Assembly (NCBI GenBank): GCA_041640595.1
Contig: JBEPZY010000002.1
Coordinates: 114,984 to 178,983 of the forward strand
Source of the DNA: Gemmatales bacterium
Lineage (GTDB): Bacteria > Planctomycetota > Planctomycetia > Gemmatales > HRBIN36
Reading direction: 5' to 3'
Length of the DNA stretch: 64,000 nt
This document shows positions 31,272 through 42,313 of the stretch, in pieces. Every line of letters begins with the position of its first letter. Position 1 is the stretch's first letter. Made by a program: the position numbers and the translations under genes. Below the pieces are notes generated by a model, which was not told where the DNA came from, made no database searches, and worked only from the letters and a program-made list of their open reading frames with translations.

Positions 31272-32771
31272 ATGCGACTGGAAGCCACTCAACAACTCGG
31301 GCTGCACCAGAAGATGATTCTGGCGCCCCGAATGATCCAGTCCATGGAAATCTTGCAACTGCCGGTGCTCGCCCTGCAGGAACGCATTCAGCAGGAGCTG
31401 GAAGAAAACCCGGTGCTGCAGGTCGTGGAAAAAACGCCCACCCTGGCCACCCATCCTGCTCCGGAAACCGAAACCGATTCCCCCCAGGAATGGCAGGACG
31501 AACTCGAACAGCTGGACCGCCTCATCGAAGAACGCGAGGCCAGTCGCGCTACCCGCCATCGCTTGTCGAGCAACGGCTTGCAGGAAGCTGACGACCGCCG
31601 GCTGGATATGATGCTCAATACGCCGGCCCGACCCCCTTCCTTGCACGAATATCTCATCGAGCAACTCTCCTTCTTCGACGCTCCGCCGCGGATTCTGTCG
31701 CTGGCGCGGTTCCTGATTTCCCAGCTGGACGAGAGGGGTTACCTGACCACGCCTCTGGAACAGTTAGCGACACTTTACAACCAGGCCACCGACGAAAACG
31801 TCACCGTCGCCGAACTCGAACAGGCTCTGCGGCTGGTGCAGCAACTCGAACCACGCGGTATCGGCGCTCGCAATCTCAAGGAATGCCTCCTGCTGCAACT
31901 GACCGGCGACATTCCCAACGTTCACATCCTCCGCATTCTCATCGAGGACTACCTGGAAGACATCCAGCATAACCGCCTGCCCTTGATTCAGAAAAAGACC
32001 GGCTTCGACCTGCAGGCGATTCGGCGAGCCATCGAACAACTGCGTCGCCTCAATCCCCGACCAGCAGCAGCCTTTGCCCCTCAGGCCGAACGCTACGTCG
32101 TCCCTGACCTGATCGTGGAACAGGACGAGAACGGCGAATATCAGGTTCGGCTGGTGGATGACTACGTGCCCGAATTACGCATCAGCAAACGCTACCTGGA
32201 AATGCGGCAGCAGGCACGCGATCCGAAAACCCGCGAATTCCTGGCCAGGAAAATCCAGGCGGCTCGCTGGCTCAAAGAAGCCATCGAACAGCGCAAACGT
32301 ACCCTTGAAAAGGTGGCACGCGCCATCCTCCGCCGCCAGAAAGATTTCCTCGAAAAAGGCCCCGAACACATCGTCCCCTTGCGTATGCAGGAGATCGCCG
32401 ACGAGGTGGGCGTGCACGTGACCACCGTCAGTCGCGCGGTGGATGACAAATGGATCCAGACACCGCGGGGCCTTTTCCCGTTGCGGCGATTTTTCGGCGG
32501 AGGCGTTACCACCGCCCAGGGCGAAGAAGTCGCCTGGGAAACCATCAAGCAGAAACTCCTCGACCTCATTCAGCACGAAGACAAGGCCCATCCCTACAGC
32601 GACGAAGAACTGGTGCAGAAACTCGCCGAACAGGGACTCCCCGTCGCTCGCCGCACGGTTACCAAATACCGCAAACTCCTCAATATCCCTTCCTCCCGAC
32701 AACGCCGTGATTGGACTCTCGTGCTGCAACGTTCCAACAACCACCACAACACCGAAAACTCTTCCCCGTGA
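31272..32771 (+). CDS. rpoN: RNA polymerase sigma-54 factor
   Basis: LQLPVLAL..EENP, GIGARNLKECLLLQ, HVTTVSRA, and the RpoN box ARRTVTKYR. Confidence 0.97.
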   Translation: MRLEATQQLGLHQKMILAPRMIQSMEILQLPVLALQERIQQELEENPVLQVVEKTPTLATHPAPETETDSPQEWQDELEQLDRLIEEREASRATRHRLSSNGLQEADDRRLDMMLNTPARPPSLHEYLIEQLSFFDAPPRILSLARFLISQLDERGYLTTPLEQLATLYNQATDENVTVAELEQALRLVQQLEPRGIGARNLKECLLLQLTGDIPNVHILRILIEDYLEDIQHNRLPLIQKKTGFDLQAIRRAIEQLRRLNPRPAAAFAPQAERYVVPDLIVEQDENGEYQVRLVDDYVPELRISKRYLEMRQQARDPKTREFLARKIQAARWLKEAIEQRKRTLEKVARAILRRQKDFLEKGPEHIVPLRMQEIADEVGVHVTTVSRAVDDKWIQTPRGLFPLRRFFGGGVTTAQGEEVAWETIKQKLLDLIQHEDKAHPYSDEELVQKLAEQGLPVARRTVTKYRKLLNIPSSRQRRDWTLVLQRSNNHHNTENSSP

Positions 32772-32920
32772 ATTCCGCTACATCCGACCAGAGCATATCG
32801 CACCGCCTCGCATAGGCGACACAGCCGAAAGCACTTCCGCGGAAATGCCGCATCGCCTTAGAGGGTATCACGCAATCACCCCTAAGTGACACGACCAAAA
32901 ACACTCGCCCATAAACGCCG
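32745..32920 (+). repeat. Highly degenerate tandem copies seeded at the rpoN 3' end (periods 73 and 70)
   Basis: CCGAAAACTCTTCCCCGTGAATTCCGC (32752, contains the stop) vs CCGAAAGCACTTCCGCGGAAATGCCGC (32825); weaker third copy at 32895. Confidence 0.55.
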
Positions 32921-33030
32921 GCGAGCCCAACAAACCAGTGGTGGCATGTCGCCTTTTCCTTGCTACTGCGCACCGCCAGTTTCGCCGCCTCGAGAACCGC
33001 ACATCTGCAACCGCGTTCGCGCGCAAACAG

Positions 33031-33711
33031 GAGCGGCTGGCGTAAGCCAGCCGTGGGAAAGGTTCGCCGTTGCACGCCGGAAACGTACATTTGCAACCGC
33101 CTCCGCACATGCAACCGAGAGCGGCTGGCGTAAGCCAGCCGGAGTACGGGAAGCGAATGTGCGGAGCGAAACGTAATCCGTCCGCAAAAGCCGGTCGCCG
33201 TTGCAAGCGCGAATCCGAACCACGGCGGGCTGACGCCCGCCGCTCTTGGTTGCCGATTCGATCGTCCGCCGAACAGTGCTCGGTTGTTGTCGCACCACCG
33301 CCGGTTCACGCACCCACGGCGGGCTGATGATCGCCGCTCTCGAAAACGTGCGTTTGTGCATAGCAAAAATCGTTTTTGCTTCGGCAGACCTTCGCATCGC
33401 AAGCCAAGAGCGGGGGGCGTAAGCCCCCCGTGGGGAACATCCGCTGTTGCGAATCGGAAACGCACATCGCAGGCGATATGTCGCGCATGCAACCAAGAGC
33501 GGGGAACGTAAGCCCCCCGTGAGATGCAGTCCGTATGCGAGCGCGAAACCGGAAATCCCGCACATTGCCGTTGCAGACGCGGTTTGCACACCCACGGCGG
33601 GCTGACGCCCGCCGCTCTCGATTGCCGATTCGATGGTCCGCCAAACAGTGCTCGGTTGTTATCGCACGAGCGCCCGTTCACGCACCCACGGCGGGCTGAC
33701 GATCGCCGCTC
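33031..33711. repeat. REP-like hairpin array, cluster 4 (8 copies) between convergent rpoN and cysteine desulfurase
   Basis: Hairpins at 33031, 33119, 33220, 33314, 33408, 33497, 33592 and 33686. Confidence 0.93.
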
Positions 33712-33831
33712 TGGTTCACCGTTCGCAGATCGCTTGTGGTTTTGCTCACGGCGATCGCTGGTAGGTCTGATAGCAAAACTCCGGTAAGGGCGGCGCCCGT
33801 CGGAGTCGCAGGTGATGATTCGCGGCCGCTG

Positions 33832-35007
33832 TTAGCTGCGATGGGAAAACTCCGGTAAGGCCGAGAGGTCGTCTTCCTGGCTGAGTTCGCGCAGTTCACG
33901 AACGATAGCGGCAATGATTTCGACGGCCTGAGCGATTTCCTGGTCCGTATTGAGATGGCTCAGGCTGAAACGAACCGCAGAGTGGAGTCGTTCGGGCGGC
34001 AATCCCATGGCTTGCAGTACCGGCGAGGGTAACAGCGAGCCACTCGAACACGCCGAGCCTGCCGAACACGCTATCCCCGCCAAATCCAGTCGCATCAGCA
34101 AAACCTCGGCACGGCAACCCGGAAAGGAAACGTTGACCGTATTCGGCAGGCCACCAGCTTCGGGGCCATTCAGGAATATCGGGGCACAGCTTTGCCGCAA
34201 TCCCTCCAGAAACCTTTGCCGCAATTCCAGCACCCGCTGCCGACGGATTTCCTGCTGGCGATGGGCCAGTTCGACCGCTTTGGCCAGGCCAACGATCAGG
34301 GGCACCGGTTCGGTTCCCGGCCGCTGGCCTCGTTCCTGATGCCCTCCCCGAAACAGCGCTCGTAACGGCGTACCACGATGTACCAGCAAAGCACCGACTC
34401 CTTTCGGACCGTGCAATTTATGCCCCGATAAACTCAAACTGGTGACACCGAGCTGATGAAAATGCACTGGTATTTTTCCGACCGCCTGCACAGCATCGCA
34501 ATGCAAGGGGATATTGCGTCGGCGACAAAACTCGGCAAATTCCGCGACCGGTTGCACGGCTCCGGTTTCGTTGTTAGCCAGCATCAGGCAGGCCAGCTTG
34601 ATTTCCTCGTTCAGATTCTCGCAAGCCGACACGTCAACCACGCCATCCGGGTTTACGGGAATCTCTCGCCACCAGTAGCCGCGCTGCGTCAACGCCTGCA
34701 CCGCTTCCCACACCGAAGGATGCTCGATGCGGCTACAGCAGATGCCACCGATTCCGCGGGGCAGGCCAAACACCGCTAAATTGTTTGCTTCCGTAGCGCC
34801 GCTGGTGAAAATGACTTCGTCCGGCTCGGCACCGAGATAATGGGCGATCTGCTGCCGGGCATCTTCGATGGCCTTGCGAGCTTTGCGGCCCAGTGCGTGT
34901 GCACTGGAGGCATTCCCGAAACAGGTGTCCCAGAACGGCTCCATCGCCGCTCGCACTTCCGGCAACAACGGTGTGGTGGCGTTATTATCCAGATAAATCA
35001 TGGTCAT
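33832..35007 (-). CDS. iscS: Cysteine desulfurase (IscS/NifS family)
   Basis: YLDNNATTP, FTSGATEANN, HCDAVQ, SGHKLHGPKG (PLP Lys), SAGSACSS (catalytic Cys). Confidence 0.93.
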   Translation of the reverse strand: MTMIYLDNNATTPLLPEVRAAMEPFWDTCFGNASSAHALGRKARKAIEDARQQIAHYLGAEPDEVIFTSGATEANNLAVFGLPRGIGGICCSRIEHPSVWEAVQALTQRGYWWREIPVNPDGVVDVSACENLNEEIKLACLMLANNETGAVQPVAEFAEFCRRRNIPLHCDAVQAVGKIPVHFHQLGVTSLSLSGHKLHGPKGVGALLVHRGTPLRALFRGGHQERGQRPGTEPVPLIVGLAKAVELAHRQQEIRRQRVLELRQRFLEGLRQSCAPIFLNGPEAGGLPNTVNVSFPGCRAEVLLMRLDLAGIACSAGSACSSGSLLPSPVLQAMGLPPERLHSAVRFSLSHLNTDQEIAQAVEIIAAIVRELRELSQEDDLSALPEFSHRS

Positions 35008-35555
35008 CTCGCTCTACTGCCGTGAGTCCGCAGCTCTGCTGGCCGGCCAGCCTCAGCCCGAATGCCAGTGCCGGGATGATCTGTTTCACCCACCGCGATA
35101 TTTTTTGCCCGCGGATTCGCCCATCACCTAATCATAGGCAGCGAATGGCCGCTGAACCTGCACCGCTCCGGCTATTCAGGAATTTGCCTGCCCAGCGTGT
35201 GCGATCTATATTTAGGTGTCTCCCGGTTGTCGAAAACGTCCCGTCCACAGGAAGTGTCCGATGCACCAGGATCGTGCTCTTAATTTAGGCTGGACGCCAG
35301 GCGATAACATTTGCGGCCAGCCGTCACTGGAGCAATCTGTGCACTCTAATAATTCTAAACATCCCCAGCCGCAAGGTGAACAAAACAAGGATGCATTGCG
35401 GCAACAAAATAAACGCACCAGACCGCTTACCCCCGAAAAACTCCGACGACGTGTCGCCTATCTGTTGTGGACGGCAGCCATGCGTTGCGATGCTTAGACC
35501 TTGACATGAGCAGGATAACAAAGCCGCATCGCCAGACCTGACTTTCCCCAGCTAA

Positions 35556-36479
35556 TCAAGGGGCACCAGGAAACGGCGGCGGCAACTTCTCACTGCGTTT
35601 CCAAGCGCTATACCACAAATCGAGCGTGAACTGTGCTGCCACGCGACACCGCGACAGGATAAACGCGCGACTGGTTTCCGTGGGCTTATCAAACTCTCCC
35701 CGGGCATCCAGTTCGTAACAGCGATCCACTTGTTTATAGGAGTCGTCAATCATGCTCAGAATGTGCCGCCACATATCCTCATGCACTTTCGCCTGCAGAT
35801 TCTTGCCGATTTCTTCGGGGTTTAGATTATAAGTTTCCGGAAAGCCATCTATCTTGGCGTGGATACCTTTCTGCGCATAGGTACCATCGGGCATGCGCCG
35901 ACCATCGTAATCACGAGTGGTATGCAGAGGCATGGCCGCATCCTGCGCATAATGGGCAAGGATACCGGCATACACTATACATTTCATCTGATGAGCAGGT
36001 TCGTCCGGCTGACGACGGTAGTCCGCGAAAGCGCAGGCAAGTCGCTCGTAATAATCCTGAATCGCCCAGGGCAATAACCCCGCTCGTTCCGGTCGGCGTT
36101 TCAAACGCTGCAAAAGTGCCACCGCTTCATAACGATTCGCAGGCAGCGGTTGGTTGTTATAGTCCTCTAAGTCTATGTAGTGTTCTGGAGATTCACTGCT
36201 GCGCAGGGGTCGCGTTTCGGGATTCTTCCAGCGATCGGGATCGCCGCTCAGGGTAGCTAATTCTCTGGTGGCCTTGCGGAAAAATACAGGCATATCCTCT
36301 GGCAGATGTCGGGCCGCTGCTTCGGTAATCAGGCCATGCCCACGTATCCACCAGCCCCAGGCGGGACCTGTCACCGACAGGCTCACGCCCACCCAGACCC
36401 CCACCAGAGCGAGCATGATGAGATGGCAAGCTCGAATACGATAAGTCATCCAACTCAGGTGCGTTCTCGATTCAGCCAT
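35556..36479 (-). CDS. Secreted S1/P1 nuclease / Zn-dependent phospholipase C superfamily protein
   Basis: Signal peptide followed by W..GH, PDRWK, HYID, HYAQDAAMPLH and IHAKID Zn-ligand pattern. Confidence 0.82.
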   Translation of the reverse strand: MAESRTHLSWMTYRIRACHLIMLALVGVWVGVSLSVTGPAWGWWIRGHGLITEAAARHLPEDMPVFFRKATRELATLSGDPDRWKNPETRPLRSSESPEHYIDLEDYNNQPLPANRYEAVALLQRLKRRPERAGLLPWAIQDYYERLACAFADYRRQPDEPAHQMKCIVYAGILAHYAQDAAMPLHTTRDYDGRRMPDGTYAQKGIHAKIDGFPETYNLNPEEIGKNLQAKVHEDMWRHILSMIDDSYKQVDRCYELDARGEFDKPTETSRAFILSRCRVAAQFTLDLWYSAWKRSEKLPPPFPGAP

Positions 36480-36631
36480 GCACAGGTTCCTTAGTGTACC
36501 GCGCTGGCAAGGGCACGGTTCCGGCTATTCCTTGTGTTTACCCCGGTCATTGCACAGAGCGACGGTTTTTATCTATACCATTTCGCCTGTCCGGAGACAA
36601 TCGAAAGGGGAGGTGCGATTTGTCCGAAGGA

Positions 36632-38056
36632 TCACGATTTAGCGGCGTGCTGGTTCGGGGTCGAGGTGATGGGAATCCAGCGCTGGGGCGGTTCGCCGAC
36701 GTCTAAGTAAATATCCTGGCCGCTTTTTTCGAGGCACATGCGATCGAGCGTAGCCTGGGCTTCTGCACCGATTCGCCCAATGCAGCCGGCTAAGCAAAAA
36801 CGTTGCCCCTCTAATTCCTGAGCCCGCTGGCCCGACTGGTGATAGAATCGCAGCACACACTCCTGAGCTCCCAGGAGGAGCCTCGCCTGGTATCGCTGAT
36901 CGGGAGAGCTCCAGCTCAGGACGCGCTGCCCCGATTCGTGCCCACTGGCTGCTGCCAGCAGGGAGTGCAGAATTGTCCTCGGATAGGCTAAGGTCGGTAT
37001 CAGCGGTACGGTTTCGAGATATAAACGTCCCGTCGGTATTTCCGCAGCCTCGGCAGTATGTTCTTCGGGTTCCCCGCACGGTATGGGTGGACGGAATAGC
37101 CCACGCAGGATGTCCATTTCCGCCGCCTCGGCCGCAACCAGTTCAGTACCTGCGGTGGCGGTAATCGCTTGCTCCAGGAGATCGGTTAACCAATCCCGGC
37201 TTTCCTGAGGAAAACTAATACCATCAGCCACAGCGAGCGCATCCAGCAAATCGCTAAACTTCCAGGTCGTGATGTCCAGGTCGGCAAAATCTTCTAAGTC
37301 TTCGCGCAGGCCTGCGGCTAATGTTACGATCCAGTCGTCGGCCAGCAGAAAGACCTCCGGATGCTCCCCTAACCAGTCAAGACATTTCCGAATGCTCGCC
37401 TGATGGGTATCTAAGTCCTGGCGTAACTTATCGAATACTATATTCGGCTGCCAGGCTTGCTCACTGGGTGACGGCGTGTGGAGAAATTCAATCGCCAGTG
37501 TTGCCAGCGCATGCACTAATTCCGCGTCATCCAGCTGCTGAAGCAAGGCGATCGCTTTATTAGTGGTATTGTGCACACTATCATCGCACCAGCTCTCTGG
37601 ATCGGCAAACTCGGAATCCGCGGCCAGCTCTTCCGCGCGATCGCACCAGCCTTCTAAATAGGAGGTTCTAAGAGCCTGAGCGGCCAGCATCACGCCGTGT
37701 TCCTGAAACACCGTAACTGCCCAGCCGATAACTGGCTCATATTGATTGTATAGATGCCTCCACTGCCGATCGTGATTGGGCTTTGTCGCGGGCCGAGTAG
37801 ATTGATAGCGTTTCGAGGGAAGCAAACTGCCTGAGTAGGTGCCGAGATGAGAGCGGTAAACAAGGCCTATGCTGGCCAGAAAACGATAACATTCCTCCGG
37901 CGGAAGGCTGACCGGTGAGGATAGTGGCTTCTGCGACCAGCTGGCACGCAAGGTGCTGAGTTGATCCAGCGCTTGCTGCACGGGATGAGTAACCCGGACG
38001 CGATACGAACCGCTTGCCGTCAACTGCTGAATCGTTGCCTGTAATTCGCACCTCAT
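36632..38056 (-). CDS. Hypothetical protein (acidic helical body plus a C-terminal beta-rich domain after 'LLAAAS'); possible sigma-factor partner
   Basis: Long ORF with a GGAGG RBS before ATG 38056; no recognised family motif. Confidence 0.7.
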   Translation of the reverse strand: MRCELQATIQQLTASGSYRVRVTHPVQQALDQLSTLRASWSQKPLSSPVSLPPEECYRFLASIGLVYRSHLGTYSGSLLPSKRYQSTRPATKPNHDRQWRHLYNQYEPVIGWAVTVFQEHGVMLAAQALRTSYLEGWCDRAEELAADSEFADPESWCDDSVHNTTNKAIALLQQLDDAELVHALATLAIEFLHTPSPSEQAWQPNIVFDKLRQDLDTHQASIRKCLDWLGEHPEVFLLADDWIVTLAAGLREDLEDFADLDITTWKFSDLLDALAVADGISFPQESRDWLTDLLEQAITATAGTELVAAEAAEMDILRGLFRPPIPCGEPEEHTAEAAEIPTGRLYLETVPLIPTLAYPRTILHSLLAAASGHESGQRVLSWSSPDQRYQARLLLGAQECVLRFYHQSGQRAQELEGQRFCLAGCIGRIGAEAQATLDRMCLEKSGQDIYLDVGEPPQRWIPITSTPNQHAAKS

Positions 38057-38263
38057 AACTAATTCCTCCCATATAAGAGCTGGTATCAATAATTTTCACC
38101 GCATAAGTCTGAACCCCGATTGCCCTCAGTCTTAATCGGCCAGCTAACGTGCAGGTTCTGGCTGGAGCTGATTAGCCATCGCTCAGCAATTAGGCCCTAA
38201 GCTGGCACTAATAATTTCACACAGCAGCATAGTTCGTCGTGCGTGTTCCTCCTTGATATCATT

Positions 38264-39316
38264 TCAGGCATCTGTGTTGTCATCTTCGAGCAGTGCATTG
38301 AGAATGCGAATCTGATCCGGAGTAAGCCCTGAGTTGTTCTCTCGCAATTTATGATAAACTATGCGCATCCGTCGCACCCATTGCCGCCAGCAATTGCCGC
38401 TGGCTTTAACAGAAACAATTACCGGCACGTTTGCATTGGGATTACGCGCGGCACCATTAGCATGTGACAATTGTTGCACAATCCAAATATATCTGGGCCT
38501 GACGTTGTTGTTTCGGATAAGGTTATCCACGTGGGCCACGAGTTCACCCACGGTCGGCGTCCACGCAACTATGCGCCTCTGGCACCATCCCTGGCACGGA
38601 TGATTTCCCCAGCCCGAATGTGGTTTCGAACCGTTGCAGTCCAGGCAGATCAGGGCCTGGTATTGCTCACACTGCTCGAAGCACTCACCGACATATCGTA
38701 GCACATCCTCACCGTTCGCTACGCCGGGGTTGTTTTCATGAAGAACACGGTGAATAAGTCGGCTCAACTGCATACGGACGCAGAGCAATAACACCGCGAA
38801 ATAATCCACGCCATTCCTGCGCTGACCTAGCGGACTAAGTTTCTCGGAACGTAATAAGGTAACGAGCGCGGCTTGCAGATTGCGCTTCAGGTTTGCGAGG
38901 CGGTCACGCTCGGGTTCGTCCTGTTGTTGCTGGGGATCCGCGGGCTGATTTTCTAATTGTTCTTGATCACGCAGCCTCTCGCGCCGTTTGCGGTTTTCCG
39001 TTCGAGCTTGGTTTATCAAAACGGTTTTCACCCAGGCCAGGAAACTGCTGTCTTGCCGATCCGGATCGTAAGCGGGAGCGCGTCCGTCTCGCGGCCTCTG
39101 AACCAGTTTTTCCCAGATGCAACTAACACCATTTTCCATAACCCACTGGCGAACTTCACGAGGGAAATGGATGTCACAGTTAGCGATGAGACTCTCTAAC
39201 ACAGGGAGCACATGCTCATTGAATAACTGGTTAGCCTCTTCTATGGGAACCTTGGGGTCTTGGATACGGCGTAAAATCGCTCGGAAATCGTGGGGCAATT
39301 CCTGGGGCTGCGGCAT
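38264..39316 (-). CDS. Divergent sigma70/ECF-like factor
   Basis: Region-2-like 'IWEKL..YDPDRQDSSFLAWVKTVLINQARTENRKRR'; C-terminal 'NCWRQWVRRMR' resembles a region 4.2 helix; GGAGG RBS. Confidence 0.6.
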   Translation of the reverse strand: MPQPQELPHDFRAILRRIQDPKVPIEEANQLFNEHVLPVLESLIANCDIHFPREVRQWVMENGVSCIWEKLVQRPRDGRAPAYDPDRQDSSFLAWVKTVLINQARTENRKRRERLRDQEQLENQPADPQQQQDEPERDRLANLKRNLQAALVTLLRSEKLSPLGQRRNGVDYFAVLLLCVRMQLSRLIHRVLHENNPGVANGEDVLRYVGECFEQCEQYQALICLDCNGSKPHSGWGNHPCQGWCQRRIVAWTPTVGELVAHVDNLIRNNNVRPRYIWIVQQLSHANGAARNPNANVPVIVSVKASGNCWRQWVRRMRIVYHKLRENNSGLTPDQIRILNALLEDDNTDA

Positions 39317-39576
39317 AGGGCGATCCTCCGTGGCTTAGCTCGGATTGGCCCGAAACCGTTACAGATTAACAATAGCCGGCTGACGAGAAACAGCAAGGGG
39401 CCTATTATGTTTTCTTTGCTGACGAATCGTCGTCGCGCCCTTCTATCGCCTCGTTTCAATGCTCGCGCTATTACGTTTTCTTTGTTGCCCAATTGTCGGA
39501 CGGCTGGCGCTCTCGATTGTTCGTTCGCTGGTCGCCAACAAGACCCCGCGATTATCACTCACCGACCGGATCACGC

Positions 39577-39787
39577 ACGCACGGCGGTCTGACGGTCGGC
39601 GCTCCTGATTGTCCGTGGGGTGATGCCGAGCAGTGCCCGGTTCTTTGTGGCACAACCGCGGGTTTACCGGCCACGGGGAGCTTACGACCCCCGCTCTTGT
39701 GAGCGTGCGGTTGTGCAGCGTGGATGGCGTTTTGTTCGCCGGACCGGCGTCATGCAACCAGGAGCGGCTGGCGTAAGCCAGCCGCGA
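39577..39787. repeat. REP-like hairpin cluster 5 (3 degenerate copies)
   Basis: Copies at about 39577, 39671 and 39762. Confidence 0.8.
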
Positions 39788-40153
39788 TACGGAAGCCGGA
39801 TTGTAGGCGGTAAACGTAATCACCTCGAAGGCGGTTTCCACTCGAAGACTGCCACACGCTACGAAAGGCGGATCGTGCATGGTAAAGGTAATCACTCCGC
39901 GAACACGGCGGTTGGCCAATGCCGGCACTTAATCGGTTTCGCGGTTCGCTGGAGTGAGGGAAAGCGGTTAATCCGATTGAGCGCCAATATCTACGTTGAC
40001 TGCATGGTTTTCGGAAAATTACGCCACTATTGAAAATGAACAGTTCATCCCTACACTGTTCGCCTATATTCGGGGCGCAAACTTCGCAAGATGCATCAGA
40101 GACATAGCCTTTGATGGCTTGCGGAGACGAAAGGGCTTTCGCAACACAGGAGG

Positions 40154-40990
40154 ATGCACATGAGTGGGATCGGAATATCCTTGCTTGTCGCCCTACCCTC
40201 GTTCGTTCCGCTGGGTTTTACGGACTACGACACGGCGGTGCACCTGGCTATGGAAACTCGCCGCGACCTGGTAATATATTTCCGCGGGAACGGCGAGCTG
40301 GACGGTGTGTTGTTGCATCCGGAGATAAAGTGGTATTTGCAACAGTACGTGTTTCTTTGTGTTCCGGCAGATTTTCAGTATCACGGCCGGCGATTGCTGG
40401 ACCATGAAGCATTCCGCGAAATGCAAGGTAAGCCCGGGCTGGTGGTTGTGAATTTGCATGACCCGGATTCGCCGAATTACCAGACCGTGATCTCGGCCCA
40501 TCCGCTGGTCAAAAGCCGGTACGCCTGGGTCCCGGACTATGGGCCGGAGCAGGTGCGAATCATCCTCAACCTGCCTAACTGGCTGTCGTTGACGCAGCGA
40601 AGCATGCTGTATGCCGTCAGCGTGCACCCTGAAAAACCGCAAAGTATTACGGGAACGCCCCTTCCGGCTATGATGGCTCACTGTGCCCACCACAGTGCCC
40701 GGCAGGCGCAGATGCAATGGCAGCACCATGCCGACCTGATCGCCGCTTCGTCCAGGGTGCAGCAGGAAGCCGGAATTTATCTCGCCAGCGCTTCGGAGGT
40801 TGTGGCGGAATCGTGGGGCATGATTTTTGGCGGCGAAAATGTGCTGGAAGCAGCGTTTTCGTGCGTGGATGCCTGGAGACAGTCGCCCGGGCACTGGGGA
40901 GCAGTGTCCCGTCCAAGTCGTTATTTCGGCTACGACATTGCCCGCGGGGCTAACGGTACATGGTACGCCACCGGTTTCTTCGGATATTGA
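40154..40990 (+). CDS. Exported protein with a C-terminal CAP/SCP-like domain
   Basis: Signal peptide; HSARQA..QHH, EVVAESW, WRQSPGHW and GTWYAT CAP-like motifs; AGGAGG RBS. Confidence 0.8.
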   Translation: MHMSGIGISLLVALPSFVPLGFTDYDTAVHLAMETRRDLVIYFRGNGELDGVLLHPEIKWYLQQYVFLCVPADFQYHGRRLLDHEAFREMQGKPGLVVVNLHDPDSPNYQTVISAHPLVKSRYAWVPDYGPEQVRIILNLPNWLSLTQRSMLYAVSVHPEKPQSITGTPLPAMMAHCAHHSARQAQMQWQHHADLIAASSRVQQEAGIYLASASEVVAESWGMIFGGENVLEAAFSCVDAWRQSPGHWGAVSRPSRYFGYDIARGANGTWYATGFFGY

Positions 40991-41365
40991 CGAAGTTAGA
41001 CCGCACCTGGCCACGTGCTAACGATGGCTAACCACGCCCTCTGAGCGAAATCGTCCGCGTCTGGCCTCGGGTCGCCCCGACAGGCAAACATTCCGTCAGC
41101 TTCGGGGAACCTCGATGGCTACGCCCCGATCAACGCCGCGTCAGGACGACCGGCGGGCATCAGGCGAACGTAAGCGTGGGCATTATGCGAGAATAGCAGC
41201 GCGACGCTCGCTCCTGAAATTCGATTGTATCGTGCCGGCGTTGGTGTTATGCGATGAACCGGGGCGGGGCACTTCTCATCCATAGAAAGGTGGCTTCTGG
41301 GGACAGTTGTGTGGCTATGAAACGCTGAACGGGAGCGGGACACTTGTTGTCCGGTCTGAACTGAG

Positions 41366-42313
41366 CTAACGGGGAACAGGTCGGCCCATGGTGCGGAGCA
41401 GGAGCTTCATATCTTCCCAGACTTCGCGTTTAGCGGCGGGGTTGCGGAGCAGGTAAGCGGGATGGTAGGTGCAAATAAGAGCGGCTCCGCGATAGCGATG
41501 CACCTGACCGCGGAGTTTGCCGATACTCTGGTTGGTGTTCAGCAGGGTTTGGGCGGCGACGGCACCGAGACAACAGATATATTTGGGAGCGATAATCGCC
41601 AGTTGCTGTTCCAGGTAGCCGCGACAGTTGGCGATTTCGTGGGGCAAAGGGGTACGGTTATTGGGCGGTCGGCATTTCAGGACGTTGCAGATGTACACGT
41701 CGTGGCGACTGAAGCCGCAAGCCGCCAGGATGCGATTGAGCAATTGCCCGGCCGGGCCCACGAATGGTTCGCCCTGAGCGTCTTCTTCCTGGCCGGGTGC
41801 TTCGCCGACCAGTACCAGTTCGGCGGCGGGATTGCCCACGCCGAATACCGTTTGCGTGCGGTTGCGTACCAGTTCCGGGCATTTCGTGCACGGAATAACG
41901 TGCAGTCGGTTCAACTCGTCCAGCATCCGGGCTTTCTCATGGGGTGTGCGTGCTGGTGATTCGAGCGGCTGATCGAAAAGCGAGGCTGCGGTGCTCAATG
42001 TCGGCGGCGGTTGATTGGGCGTTTGCGGTGCGATTGGGGCGGAAACGAAGCGTGCAGGAGCGGGCTTCTGACCCGGGGATGGCTTGGTGTTTGGCGAGAC
42101 GGCTCGATTGGGCCCAGAGCTAATCGGTGGGGATGACGGCTGGCCCGGCGATTGGCCCGAAGGTTCCGACCAGGCTGCGACGCGACTCTGACCAGCCGAT
42201 TCTGCCGTCGGGGACTGGGGTACCCATTCCACGCCAGCGAATCGCCAGGCCTGGATGTGCTCGGCCAGCGTTTCGCGGAGTCGTTCCGGAAGCGGTTCTC
42301 GATCATCGGCCAT
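41366..42313 (-). CDS. Uracil-DNA glycosylase family 4 with a Pro-rich N-terminal linker
   Basis: [43 protein letters not shown]; start re-called to ATG 42313. Confidence 0.93.
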   Translation of the reverse strand: MADDREPLPERLRETLAEHIQAWRFAGVEWVPQSPTAESAGQSRVAAWSEPSGQSPGQPSSPPISSGPNRAVSPNTKPSPGQKPAPARFVSAPIAPQTPNQPPPTLSTAASLFDQPLESPARTPHEKARMLDELNRLHVIPCTKCPELVRNRTQTVFGVGNPAAELVLVGEAPGQEEDAQGEPFVGPAGQLLNRILAACGFSRHDVYICNVLKCRPPNNRTPLPHEIANCRGYLEQQLAIIAPKYICCLGAVAAQTLLNTNQSIGKLRGQVHRYRGAALICTYHPAYLLRNPAAKREVWEDMKLLLRTMGRPVPR

